DNA of 64,000 nucleotides from Octopus sinensis (taxonomy: Eukaryota), in the NCBI RefSeq assembly GCF_006345805.1, contig NC_042997.1, forward strand, positions 71,300,001-71,364,000, written 5' to 3'. Made by a program: the position numbers and the translations under genes. Positions 38,950-55,084 of the stretch are shown here, in pieces. Below the pieces are notes generated by a model. The model saw nothing but the letters and a program-made list of their open reading frames with translations. It had not been told where the DNA came from and did not search any database. The stretch's first letter is position 1. Each line of letters begins with the position of its first letter.

Positions 38950-39768
38950 ATTTTACTAAGTCACCGTGACATTTGTTATAAAAGTGCTTATTTTAAAACA
39001 TAGCTTTCTCGTGTCGAGATCAGATTCACTCAGAGGGCACGAAGGCTGTTTCCTGGTTGGGGTGGGATATTTGTAACGTCTCAAACCTGAAACCGAACAT
39101 GTTTTTCTTTACGGTAACCTTATTACTCTTATGCCCTAAATCTCATCCTCTTGAGTAAGTCCTTAGCGATTTTTTTGGCTTTTGTCTCAGTATATTTAGA
39201 AAGAATCCAGGTATTAGCATCTTTCAAAACCTGAACATAGCAAATCTCAGTACGATTTCATTTCAAGTGTCTGTCACCGATATTTGAAGTTTCATAGCTG
39301 AAACTCCCGAAATTCTCACATGCCAAGCGTCTTATGGATTGAGCTGGATCTCTTCTAATTGCTCTCTTCAGCTCCAGATTGAAATTATGATCTTTCTTGC
39401 GGTTATGATCTCCTGATCTAGTTTTCCTTTCCAGTATTCCCTCTTTCTCAAACTTATTCACAATAATCTTGATGGTTCTTGAATAGACTTTGAAGATGAA
39501 TGTTTGTACCATTACTGAAGTCTTGGATGATCTTAACACCCTGAACATTGCTCAGTTGAGAAGACATGGTGAGGCTGGCACAAAACACTTCAGCCTGTTC
39601 CCTTTCTAGCAAAATTTCTCAATGGGTATTTCACTGATTCTTACAAAAACTGGTGTTAGTATGGCCGAACGTCTTACCTGAAAAACATGGGAAATTGTAA
39701 ATCGATACGTTCATTGGTTTTAAAATGTTTTAAGAATGTGTGAGCGTCACAGTTTTGCTATTACACTG
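38950..39768 (-). mobile_element. Tc1-like DNA transposon relic (5' end and N-terminal HTH)
   Basis: The ORF includes SRTIKIIVNKFEKEGILERKTRSG...LKRAIRRDPAQSIRRLA. The minus-strand end begins CAGTGTAATAGCAAAACTGTGAC (Tc1-type CAGTG). No matching right TIR was found. Confidence 0.65.
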
Positions 39769-39769
39769 T

Positions 39770-40022
39770 GTGTGTGTGTGTGAACATGTGTGTGTTTGTG
39801 TGTGTGTGTGGTGTCTTGTGCCTGCATTTGTCCTGCCACCACCACTACCACCTGACAACCGGTGCTAGTGTGTTTACGTTCCCGTATCTTAGCTATTCAG
39901 CAAAAGAGACCGATAGAATACGTATCAGGCTAAAAATTAAGTCGTGGAGTCGATTCATTCGACTAAAAAGTGGTGCACCGGCATGGCCGCTGTCTAATGA
40001 CTGAAACAAGTAAAAGATAAAG
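39770..40022 (+). mobile_element. SINE family 3, 3' half
   Basis: CCTGACAACCGGTGCTAGTGTGTTTACG...AATGACTGAAACAAGTAAAAG. Confidence 0.75.
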
Positions 40023-40759
40023 GATACACAGATATATATACATTATACATTCACACAGAATCACTGTGACATTGTGTGTAACAAGACTACCTATTAATTA
40101 CAAATATAATCCATTCAAATGACTTCTATTCTATTTCCATCTACTCATAATAAAATGTGCCGGAGCTGTTACGTATTGTACCTGAGACCACGTGGTTGTG
40201 ATGCGAACTACTCAACTATTTAACCATACTGCCTCTATACACAAACATACACACACGCCCGCGCATGTGATTATGTATATGCGTGTGTGTGTGTGTGGGT
40301 GTGTACAGGTATATATATATATATATATATAAATTTGTGCGCGCGCGCGTGTATATTTGAGTGTGTGTGTGTATAAACACACACAAGTATATGTATATAT
40401 CTTTCGAAACTCTGAACTCATCATTCTAGCGTATAAAACAAGTATTAGTGTTGGTTTAGGGATGTCAGTGAACACTTTTCTATCCAATTATATTACTTAC
40501 CAATCTCGTCGAATAGTAATGTCAATCTACCATGAAATGAATTGCTGAAGGTTATTAGCATGTTTTTAAGTTTTCTTTCTGCTCATTTTCCTTATGCAAC
40601 TTACTTATTTTATTCTTTCTGTTTATTGATTTGTTGGACGTTGAGATATGTTTTTCTTCAGACAGAGGCCACGAACCTTAACCTGAAGACTGAAAGCTAA
40701 GTCAACACTTTCCTATGTCTTTAAATTATTTAGACTGTGTAAACTGGTTTTAAATTCAA

Positions 40760-40960
40760 GTTCAAGGCCAGCAATTTGAGAGTTGGGGCATGAGCGGATT
40801 ACATCGACCGGCAGTGTTCAACTGGGACTTCTATTTTTTTTACTCCGAAAGGATGAAAGGCAAAGTCGGTCTCGGCGGAATTTGAACTCAGTACGTAAAG
40901 ATATGCGAAATGTCGCAAAGCATTTTCCCAAGGGTGTTAATGATTCTGCTAGTTCGCCAT
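40760..40960 (-). mobile_element. SINE family 2 (degenerate)
   Basis: GAAAGGATGAAAGGCAAAGTCGG..CGGCGGAATTTGAACTCAG is the reverse complement of the family core. Confidence 0.75.
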
Positions 40961-41229
40961 CTTCAGAGTGTCTATATCAAATTAAGATCTGACAAATTAT
41001 GACGCCTTTCGCTATAGAATCTTCATCATTCATGCATATATGTGTGTGTGCATACATGTTTTTTTTACTGCAAATAGTATTGTTAAGTAGTGCCGAATTT
41101 TTACAATTCTGTAAATAATAATAATATTATTTTATAAGCTTAAAGCTGAGAACGATCACCGCGCAATGACAAAAGAAAATAATCTAATGACGGAGCATAT
41201 GAGACCTCTACAGAAAAAAAGTAGGTTTT

Positions 41230-41303
41230 CCGTACGCGTGGAACTCGAACCCACACCCCTCTGTTTACGTGACCGAGTGTGCTACCGATTACACTAGCGA
41301 ACC
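41230..41303 (-). pseudogene. tRNA-like sequence (pseudogene or solo SINE head) with downstream T8
   Basis: GGTTCGCTAGTGTAATCGGTAGCAC...GTGGGTTCGAGTTCCACGCGTACG. D and T arms pair and A/B boxes are present. The acceptor and anticodon stems have mismatches. T8 begins about 10 nt downstream. Confidence 0.45.
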
Positions 41304-41617
41304 ATGTTCTCTAATTCCCTTTTTCTTCCCCTCCCTCTTTCACCATTTTCTGTCTCTTTTTCCCTCTTTCTCTTTCTCTCTCTCTCTCTCTCGCATTGCT
41401 CATATGTGACTATCGTCCATCTTTCTTTTCTTCACTTTACCATCTTTTTTTCCTACTCGGACGTTTAAACGAGCGGACGTGTTTTTCTTTCTCTATCTCT
41501 TCTACCTTGTCTCTTTTCCATTTTTCCTCGTTGTTTACGTATTTCACTCATTTGCCCTCGTTTATTTACGTATTTCATGTCATTTGCACCATTGGGGACG
41601 TCCTGTACCATATATAT

Positions 41618-41673
<56 letters not shown>

Positions 41674-41935
41674 ATATAATATATATATATATATATAATT
41701 ATAAATAAAAGCAAAAGAAAATATTTTCTATGCCAATATGCTGAAAAATATACTTTAGATCGTCTAACCACAATGTTTTTAGACAATCTAAAGTCTATTT
41801 TTCAGCATATTGGCAGATAATTTTTTTCTTTTGCCTTTATTCATAATTGTTTTATACTTTTCAACTTGAAAGCTATTTTAATATGTTGGCCACTGATAAA
41901 ATTCTTTGTGAAAAACTGTTGTCCTTCTATTAGAA

Positions 41936-42373
<438 letters not shown>

Positions 42374-43849
42374 GTGTGTGTGTATGCGCATGCGTATTAA
42401 TTGCTAGCAAGAACACAATATTTCGTCTTATGACTATCATATATGACTAAATATAATAAATGTTTACAAGTCAATATTGTACTTTACCTCGTGTTAGCAG
42501 AGCGATATTCTCACTTTGAAGTTTATCCCTATAGATTTCTTATAGAATTCAGAGCCAACACTACAAGTTACGTCCTCTCTTGTACGAATACGTCTATGTA
42601 AACAATTAAAATAATAATAAATTTTAAGCAAAACTTATAATTGTTGTAACTGTGAGATGATGATGACGACGACGACGGCGTCGACGATGACGACGACAAT
42701 GATGATGATGATGATGGCGACGATGCAACGAGAAGGATAAAGGGAAGGATCATGTGGTGGGAATATCAATTTATAAATACTGATCTCGTTTTTATTCCTC
42801 CAAAATATGGGTTCAAACGTCTCAAATCTACTAAGACGTACTTGTAATATGCGTGCGTTCAGTAAGTGATTTGAATTTATTAGAAGTCTACCGTTTCATT
42901 TTTATTTTTATTTCTTCATTTTTCTTTCAAAGCTGTGTATGTTAGTTAACAAGAAAATATGTTTCCTGCCACCCACCTTCAGCTACAGCAAGTTACCTTT
43001 CCTGCTGTACTTGGTCGCTTTGGGCTATGTTTATCGACTCCGACTTCATTCTGTCACTTGCAGCTATTTTCGGTCGCCTGCGTTTGCGCTTAGTACCTTC
43101 TGGCGATTACAGTCGACTCCGGCTGTGTTCGGTCGTCACCAACTGTGCTCGGTCGTTTCCGGCACTATTCCGAGACATCCGGTGTTTAGTTTCCAACATC
43201 GACTGCATCTCAAATACTATTTTCCTTTATGAATAATCTATATATAGCAGTTATTGTCAAAATATTACAGTATGATATTTGTTTAGGGGTTTGTATTTTC
43301 AATAAAAACTATATACATTATTTATACAAACGTATACTGATTACGAGTGGCATAGTTATTGTACTAAACATGTTATAAAACACAATTTTAATTGACCTTT
43401 CTGTTAAGTTCACTTTTGCTAATGTCATCGTTATAGTTGTTTACGTCCATATCTAATGAAATTAAATTTAAGTTTCATTTGGATAAATTTTTAAGTTTAT
43501 CCCAATGAATCAGACTGAGAAAATAATTAATATTAAATAACAACAGAATTAAATATACGGGAAAAGGAATGATTGGAAGGAGGGGAAGATAAGAGTTGTA
43601 TCCCTTAGGTCTGTCAGAAGGAGATAATGGTAAAATTTATATATGAATAGTCTGGAGTTGATCTGATGGAGAAGAATTGAAGTTTGCATGCATACATAAT
43701 ACAGAGAGGGTGGTGTTCTCCATTTCGACAGCAGAAAGTTGTCAGGATGCTTGCATCTTGTCAAATTTTCCGACCTTGAGTTCAATAGGTCGATATGAGA
43801 TCTTGCAACTGGAGAAAGCCTGCGTCTTATTTCTTCTTTAGGTTCTTAT

Positions 43850-44330
43850 TTGGTTTGAGTTGTATCTCTTATGTTGTTGTTTGTCTTTCCCATTGTCTGG
43901 TCTTTCTTTTCCGGTTCTCTTGTGATCTTTTTTTACCTCCAATTATGTCATCCACTTTCTTCTAATATCATTACCTTGATTAACTAATCTCTGCTCAGTC
44001 ACTTTCAGCCTACTCTTCTCTATACAAAGTGTTAACATCCGCTTTATATAGCCCCTTCTTTTACGTTCACTTTCTAAAAAGCACTGTATCACTATCCTGC
44101 TTTTTTTTGGGGGGGGGGGTGAAGGGGGTCGCTGGTCCACTGCCTCCTCCTTGCTCCATTATCTGCTGATGCTTAATTAGGTTGACAGCTGTGGTCAATC
44201 TGCATCTTTACTGATCCATCTTCATTTTCTCTGTTACACCCAGAGATTTTCAGAAACTCCTGTCTCTCATAAGCTGAGGTTAGGTAACGTTCATCACCAT
44301 CGTCATCACCACTGTTATTTCTCGACATCT
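43850..44330 (-). mobile_element. R4/Dong-like ORF N-terminal (Myb-like) fragment
   Basis: RRQWTSD...IVIQCFLESERKRRGYIKRM..L.....KVTEQRLVNQGNDIRRK matches the R4-clade N-terminal motif. Confidence 0.7.
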
Positions 44331-44654
44331 GAATGTTTCAAGCAACTTTCTATTGCATCATTTGTTGCACCTTTTTCTGGTGGGTTGGTGTGTGCTGCAT
44401 TTTTTGTGGTGGAGGGTATTGTATTGTATCGGTACATTTTCATATGGGGGTTTTGTTTGAGCCATAGGGTGTATTAGTTTTTATCCTGTATATTGTTTCT
44501 TCTATCGGGTATCGGCCTTCTATGGCACATGTAGTGGGTGGGTTTTGCTAATTTTGGGGGGTATTTACAGTATGAGTTTATCTTGCCTGATTTTGGAGGG
44601 GTGTTGCATAGTAATGCGTGTGTGTAACTCCTTTTGCATGGTTCCGTTAATTTA

Positions 44655-47474
<2,820 letters not shown>

Positions 47475-48334
47475 CATTGTTGTTGTTGTTGTCGTCGTCG
47501 TCGTCGTCATCATCATCATCATCATCCTCATCATCACCATCATCTTCCAATTCTGTTTTCTTTTCTTGCCGAGTGCCTTCCTGAAACGTAGGGCAGAGAC
47601 ATGCACTGTATACATTTGTAGGCCATTAAAATAATCACACCAAATTGTTCATAAAAATAAACAAAGAAAATAAAGGGTAATAAAGGAAAGAAAATTCACA
47701 GCGACAATACTTTTCTCAATACCTGTGATGTATCACTTAATACAGTCCTTTGCGCTTCCAGGGATCATTCTCAAATAACTTTCAGTCCAAAGGCTCCTAC
47801 AGTCACTGATATTGTAACTGTCATGAGATGCTATCTTTGCTCCAACTACTGGGTGGTATTATTAAATGTTGTTTAGTTTTGACTTTTGTCTTGTACTTGA
47901 GATAATCATAAATATGTGAGGGTAAGTGTAGGAGAAAGAGAAGCAGCTTGGTGAATAGACTAAATTCCACAGGTATGTAAATAGTTTCAGCATATGATGA
48001 TTAGGAGAAAAACAATGGGGCTTTGCATTCCTGTACGATCAGGGGACAAAAGATGCGTCACGCCCTTGCGGTCAGCAGAAGTCAAATGTGTTTTCTACTA
48101 CTAGCGATCAATGAGAGCTCTGACCTTGGTCTTTGGATAAAACAATTCACCCTGTTCTGTTTTTAATTACTGATAGAAAAATAATATGAACTTTTTAATT
48201 TTGGGGGTGGGGGAATGAGATTTTTTGAATTTTCATTTTCATTTTTATAGGCTTTGCTGTGGTTTAGTTTTCATAATTGTGCAGTTTGTATATATTGACA
48301 GGTGCTTATCTCCTTAATTTTTATCATGCGTTTA

Positions 48335-48950
48335 ATTTGTTGCAATAAAAGGTATGTTTACATATTCGAGTAGCCAAGGAGAAGAGAAGGGTAAATTTCC
48401 AAAGGAAATTGTAGGTAGTAAATTTTAAATTTTCTAAAGATGATTGTTTGCATGTCCGGCCAGAGAAAACTGTAGTATTTTTGCAATAAAAAGAGGTGTT
48501 TACGTTCTCGACTATTCAGGGAAAAAGGAAACGAAGGATAAGAAGGGTAAGATTTTCATAGAAAATTGTAGATATTAAAGTTTTTAAATTTTCTAAAGAT
48601 GATTGTTTGTATACCCGAACAGAGAAAACTGTATTGTCCTTGCAATAAAAGGATGTTATGTTTACATTTTCGAATGCACAAAGAGAAAGAAAAGTAAAGG
48701 GAAGAAATGTAAAGTTTTCACAGAAAATTGCAGATATTAAAGTTTTAAAGTTTTCTAAAAATGATTGTTTGTATGTCCGGACAGAGAAACCTGTAGCGTT
48801 CTTACAATAACAAGTATATTTACAGGGAGAAAAGAAAGGATAGGTATTCACAGAAGTTGGAAATATTAAAGTTTTTTAAAGATTTTAAAGATGATTGTTT
48901 GTGTGTTCGTTCAGAGAAAGTTGTAGATATTTAAGTTTCTAGCCTTATTT
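48335..48950. repeat. diverged minisatellite, about 130-160 bp unit x4
   Basis: TTGCAATAAAA recurs near 48340, 48481, 48640 and 48801 (variant). GATGATTGTTT recurs near 48439, 48598, 48760 (variant) and 48890. Confidence 0.8.
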
Positions 48951-49029
48951 TGGGGATAATTTAAAAGATACTCAAAGGAGATTGTAGATGTTCCAGTTTT
49001 TTAATGTTATTTTTCAGTTGTTCTGCTGG

Positions 49030-49214
<185 letters not shown>

Positions 49215-49216
<2 letters not shown>

Positions 49217-51895
49217 ACACTCTTATTTTTATCACATGCCACTGCACGACCGAGCTCAGCTCTGTATGCTTTGGGTACGTGATGTGGTTTGCTGTGATGC
49301 TCTTATTTTCACTCTATTGAAAGTGTTTTGCGTAGGGTGTGTGCGGTGCCTAGTAGTGCTATTTTCTGTATTTTCTGTAAGTCCTGGTGTTTTTCATATG
49401 TATTTGTCTGAATGTTTTTTATCATACCTAATGCACCTTCAGTGATAAAAATAGTTTCTGTTCTTAGGCTCTACATTCGAGTTACCTCTGTTTCCAGGTC
49501 TTTGTATTTTGAAAGTTTCTCCGTTTCTTGTAGAGATTAGAAAGCATTTTTTCGTAGTTATCTCTGGCAACTACATCCTGCCTATTTGCCTTAATTTCTC
49601 TATCTGTCTGTATTGACATATCCCAGACTACGCTTACTTTCTCATTTTCTGTGACCTTTTCTGGCGTGTGACTATACCATCTTTATTTGTTGTTATTCCA
49701 TAGTGTTGGCATAGCTTCCAGCGTATATATGTCCCAACACTGTCGTGTCTGTAAATATATTCCTTCTTAGCCAGGATTGGGCAGCCAGAGACAATATGAT
49801 TTATTGTTTCTTCTTCATCACCAAATATTCTGCAGATACTTGTATTTCTTTTCATTACAAGTGTTTTAGTGATTTCTGGTGGGAAGTTTTTGACTTGTAC
49901 TGCAAAAAAAAAAAAACTTTAAGTCCTGACCTTTTCAGCCATTGTTGGGATTTTGCTTTATCTATTTCTTTTCTGCTGAGCTTAACCTAATATTTGCCAT
50001 AAAGAGGTTTTTCTTGCCATCGTTTTATCATGATCAGCTTTTCTTGCCATCGTTTTTGCTGTTCCAGTTTCAATTTGGATTTCAGTTGTTTTACAGCTTT
50101 TATTGTTTCGTCTTTTTCTTCATAGTTGATAGGTACTATGACTTCTTTTTTGTCAGCTTCCTTAAAGACTCTTTTTTGTTCGTGTTTTGTGGCTATTTGT
50201 ATTAGTTTCCCTTGCTTCTGACGTAGATATTTCTGTAGTCCTATGGTGGTTATTTTGTAATAGTTTTCTAGCTATATAAGGCCTCTATCACCTTCAATAC
50301 GTTGTATATATAACCTTTCTATGTCAGATTTCGAGTGGTGCATCATTATTTTTCTTATTTTCTTATCTATTTTGATTAATTCATTTAGAGTCCAGTTAAG
50401 AATATTGTAGCTGTAACTTATAACTGGGACAGCTAGAGTGTTGATACATATTATCCTGTTTTTGCATTATTTTGTTTTTGCATTGAGCTCTGTTTTCGGT
50501 ATTAATCTAACTTGTCTATAGTATTCTTTTATTATCTTCTCTTTCGTTTGTGTGTGTTGTATCGTATCTAGTTCATTGATTCCTAAGTATTTGTATGTCT
50601 GGCTTAGGTCTAATTCTATTATTTCATTTTTTTTATTTAGTTTGATGTTGCTACACTTAACTAGTTTTCCTATTTTGAAGGTTGCTTTGGCACATTTTTC
50701 TTAAGCTAAATTTCATTTTTATTTCTTTGGTAAATCCATGTACTCTCTGTAGTAATGTTTCCAGCTGTTTATCATTTGTAGCATACAGTTTTCGGCCATC
50801 CATATATAAGAGGTGGCTGATTGTTTGCCGTAACAGTTGTATCCACATCCAGACAAATATCTCAGTGACAAGCAGAAAAGGAGTGGGGAGAGCGCGTCTC
50901 CCTAGAATATTCCTCTTCTAATGGGGATGGCTTTGGTTTTTATTAGTCTCTCTTTTGTCTGGAGCTGTAGCTCTGTCAGCCATATTTATTCATGCAATGT
51001 TTTATATATTTTATGATTATTGGTGCTACTTTGTTCATGGCTAGTGTTTCTAAGATCCAAAAAGAGGAATACATTCAAAAGCCTTTCGGTAATCGAACTA
51101 GGCCATACTTAGACACTTCTTTCTGCAGCTGTCTTAAGTTATGGCTTTATTAACCAGTAGCTGATCTTTACAGCCGCATGAGCCCTTGCAGCATCCCTTC
51201 TGCTCTTCTGGAAACAGGTTGTTTTCTTCCAGATGTTTGCTCACTCTCTGCGATATTATTGCAGTAAAGGCTTTGTAAATTATAGAGAGACAAGTTATCG
51301 ATCTGTAATTCTCTGAGTTTGCCGTTTCAGTGGATTTGAGGATTAGGATCTCTGGCTCTGCTAGTATTTCATTAAATTTCTCAGCCAGCTTTTTATGTGT
51401 TCCTGTAAGGTGTATTAACCAGAAGTTGGGGATATTGTCGTGGCCGGGTGCCTCCCAGTTGCTTAGTTTTTGCAGTGCTTGGGTAACTTCTTTACTTGTT
51501 ATAGGGGTCCAGAGTTGTTCAGGTGTTGTGTTCGTTGATTTGATAGACCTTTGATAGAGGTCGTTCCTTAGCCGACCATATTTCTTTCCAAAATTCTACC
51601 ATTTCTTCTGCTGTTGCTGCAGCATTGATCTCTATTTTATTTTTGCCAAGTTCTTGGAAGAAACTTTTGAGGTTGAAGTTGAACTGTTTGTTTTACTCAA
51701 AGGAACGTTGGCGTTTCTCATACCGGCATATTCTTTATACTTGCTTTAGCTGCTTTCTTTTTACCTCAGATATATCTTGTTCTGTAAGTTTGTATTTACG
51801 TAGTATTTTTCTTCTCTTCTTGTTGCTTAGTAGTGTTGATTGTCTACTAGTTTCATTAACGATTGACAGATTTCTTATTCTCTTATTTATCTCTA
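49215..51895 (-). mobile_element. R4/Dong-like retrotransposon (family of 5837-6581), degenerate, with 3' end
   Basis: Motifs KKRRKILRKY, EMVEFWK, HLLYMDG, CRIFGDEEETINHIVSGCPILAKKEYIYRHD and the RLE region are present. The 3' end abuts (TAA)n. Confidence 0.88.
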
Positions 51896-54800
51896 ATTTT
51901 AAGGCAGAGAAGCTAACCATTGATGAGTAAGGACTTTGTAAACATCCGGCTTAATTAGCTCTCTTTGGATGTTTGCCACTGAGAGATGATTTTTCTTGCC
52001 ATTTATCAGTGAGAATATCTAGGGCAGCAGTTATAGCAAGGGTTCTCATACGTCTAGCTTTTTCTGTGCTTGTTTCCAGTACATCTAATTCAGGGACTTG
52101 CTGTATTTGAAATTCACTTAGATACTTTCATGCCTGTTTTGTTTTTGAGAATGCTGTTTTCTTGTTTTTGTACTTTAAGCCAAGTTTTAGCATCCAGTCA
52201 TCAGAATTTTTTAGATGGGTGTTTAGGCCAATTCTGGCAATCTTTAGTATCAATTTATGCTGTAAGAGCCTACGGCCACTCTCTTTTCTTGGCAAGTAAA
52301 GTCGTTTTACATCTGCCTTAGTGTGGTGCATTCAATTCATTGTCAACAACTTTCGAACTTTTGCTATCAAGCTTACAGATTTCAGTAGTTTGTTAGTTAA
52401 TAATATTGAAACTGTAAGTCACGACCGGTATGGATAAAATATTGATCGCTTCGATCATGTTTCTTGCGTTTAAATCTGTCTTCAGTATTGCCCTTACACT
52501 GTGTTAACATTCATTTCTCATCTTTTATCTTATCATTGAGTATTTAATTCCATCACCTTCATATACTCCTAGGTACTTGTAAACCTTCTCTGTTTTTAAC
52601 TCCTTTATAACATTCTGCTGGTCAAGTTTAGTGTTGGATATTTCTGTCATTTTCCCTCTTATAAATGTAGTTTTTGCGCATTTATCTACGCCAAATCCCA
52701 GCCTAACGTCACCCCTAAATTGTTTTACAATTGCTAGTAAGCCCTTCTAGTTACTGATCGTTTTTTTTGCAAAGATTTTAAAATTATCCATGTGAAAGAA
52801 ATGAGTTACAATTTTACCAAAAATTCTTGGGCCACATTGTATTTCATAGAGCAATTTCGAAAGAGGCATCAAGGCTAGAAAAAGAAAAGTGGTGACAGAG
52901 AGTCAACCTGAAAAATTCCACATGAAATTCTTACATCCCTAGCATTCAAATATTCATTCTCACTTTTCAATGTCAGTGTAGTTTTCCATCGTTTATTACT
53001 TACAGATAAGAAGTTTCGCAAAGTAGGTACTATTTTATAAATTTCCAAACATTTCCCAACCCAGCTATGTGGGAGACTGTCAGAAACTATTTTATAGTCT
53101 ATCCAGGCTATTGATAGATTCCAGTGTTGTTTGTGATAATCTTCCACAATCATCTTATTGATGAGAAGTTGATCTTACATCCTCTACCTTGATACCCACC
53201 TACTTTTGCTTTTCTAAGGAGGCTGAATCAGTAGATATTCCATCAATTCAAGGAGCCTTTTTATTGTGATTTTTCTTCTGTCCAAATTTTATTCCAAACT
53301 TCCTGCACTTCTTTTTACTGTTTGTAACTGATATTTTACCTACCTTCCTGTAAAAATGCTTTGGATTATTTTTAAACGGGTTATTGACCAAGAAGAACCT
53401 AGCGCGCTTTTCATACTGTGCTATGCGGGCAGGTTTAGTCGATACCTTTTGCTTCATAGTTTCTATAGTGGTATCGATGTCAAATATGGATTTCATATTA
53501 TACATTTTCTTTAATTTTTGCATTTTTGTTGATTTGATATTCTTGCCAGACTTAAAGATTTTAAACATTCTATGTCAGATCTAAGTAACTGAATTTGTTG
53601 TTGGATTCGTTCTTGCCAAATAGGCTATTTGTGGGAATGTTTTCGTTTTCTAATCTTTTCACCGCATAGAATAGTTGAGATCTTAGCAGAGGCATAATAA
53701 AGGTGATTGAGATCTGTAATATCAACATCATTAGATGAAATTATATCTTTAAGGGCAAAGCCAATTTTACCAATTACTTTCCGGTTTCGGTTAGATGTGC
53801 GAATTTTTGGGAGAGTGTCACGTTCCCTTGATTTTCAGCCATTCAGTCATGTTTTGATTTTTTAGATAAATCTAGTTCAATTGAGTTAGTTTCAGTGTGA
53901 CTGTCATCATCTATTTGATTTTCAACTTCCTTGATATTATTGATGGCTGGTCCAGAAAATATTTCGCATTGCTTATCAATTACATTGACTCTTTCTATCA
54001 TTATTGCGTTTTCATTAGACCTGGGTTAGTCTGTAATTATTTCTTCATTAATATTTTCTTCCGTTGCATCTTCGTTCCTTTTATCCTTTACTGATTGTTT
54101 AATCTGGTCAATCTCTAATTCAGTTAGTAATTTCTTTTTTATAATGCTTCTTCTGACGTTGGCGAGTTTGTTCCAATCTATGTAGGATCTTATTTCAAGA
54201 TGCTTCTCTCACCAATTTAGTTAGGTTTGTTCTGTATTTGATTTTATTTGTGGGGAAATACATTGCCCGATAAATTTTGATTAGTTGATGATAAGCATGG
54301 ATGGCCATCCGTTGGAATATTCCGGTTGTGTAGCACTTCCAGTTCTAGAGTTTCGGAAAAATTTGAACCAGTACAAAATTTTTTTTGTAGTCTGGACCCT
54401 CACTGGAGTGTGCGGCCATTGTTTATGCGGGTGTCGACCGATCCGGTGTGACTTTTGCTTTATTAAGACATGAAGAGACTGGACGTTGATATTATGGGAC
54501 AGATCTGTCTGTTTAGCGTTAACTTTTTGAGACAACACCGCCTCTGAGTTCTTTGAATGAAAACGTTTATCGTAACATAATTTCATGAGGCTCACAAACT
54601 GGTATTCGCCTCTATATGCTTTATTGATAGATTTATCTCCAGGTACAGTTGCCTTGTAGTATTTTAAACTTAGGGCTTGTTCGCTCTTTCTGTGTTCAAA
54701 GAAAATTGTTTTGTTGCTGCTTTTCTTCATTTGTGACACGTACTTTCCTCTGTGTGTGTCTTGTAAAATTCACGTACTTGTGTAAACATTGGGGTGTATG

Positions 54801-55030
54801 TATAATCCTATAGATATCAAAATGTATACATGATTGTATAGACATTTGAATGTATGCGTAATAAATCAATTTACGTACTGTGTTGTTCCACTTATATTTT
54901 ATAGTTTGTAAACTTTCCGATGTTGATTTAGCTTCTTTCGCACATGTCTCACTGACATCGTGCCTGGGAGAAACTGTGCTTTGTATGGCTGTAAAATTTC
55001 GTTTTGGGTGTTATTTTTGTTAAAAGTCCG
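51896..55030 (-). mobile_element. R4/Dong-like retrotransposon (family of 44814-47420) retaining the N-terminal ORF, 3'-truncated
   Basis: 51896-53300 matches 45660-47400. Upstream motifs include MKQKVSTKPARIAQYEKR, WNKLANVRRSIIKKKLLTELEIDQIK and IKYKWNNTVRKLIYYAY. Confidence 0.82.
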
Positions 55031-55084
55031 CTTCCTTCAAGACTTCCTTTTCCCATTCCACCGATGTTGTTAAATTAGATTTGT

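Noticed and set aside
44340-44650. Segment reading CAIEGRYPIEETIYRI on the minus strand, possibly a PLE GIY-YIG linker
   Set aside because: No YIG motif follows, and the similarity is too weak to call without a search.
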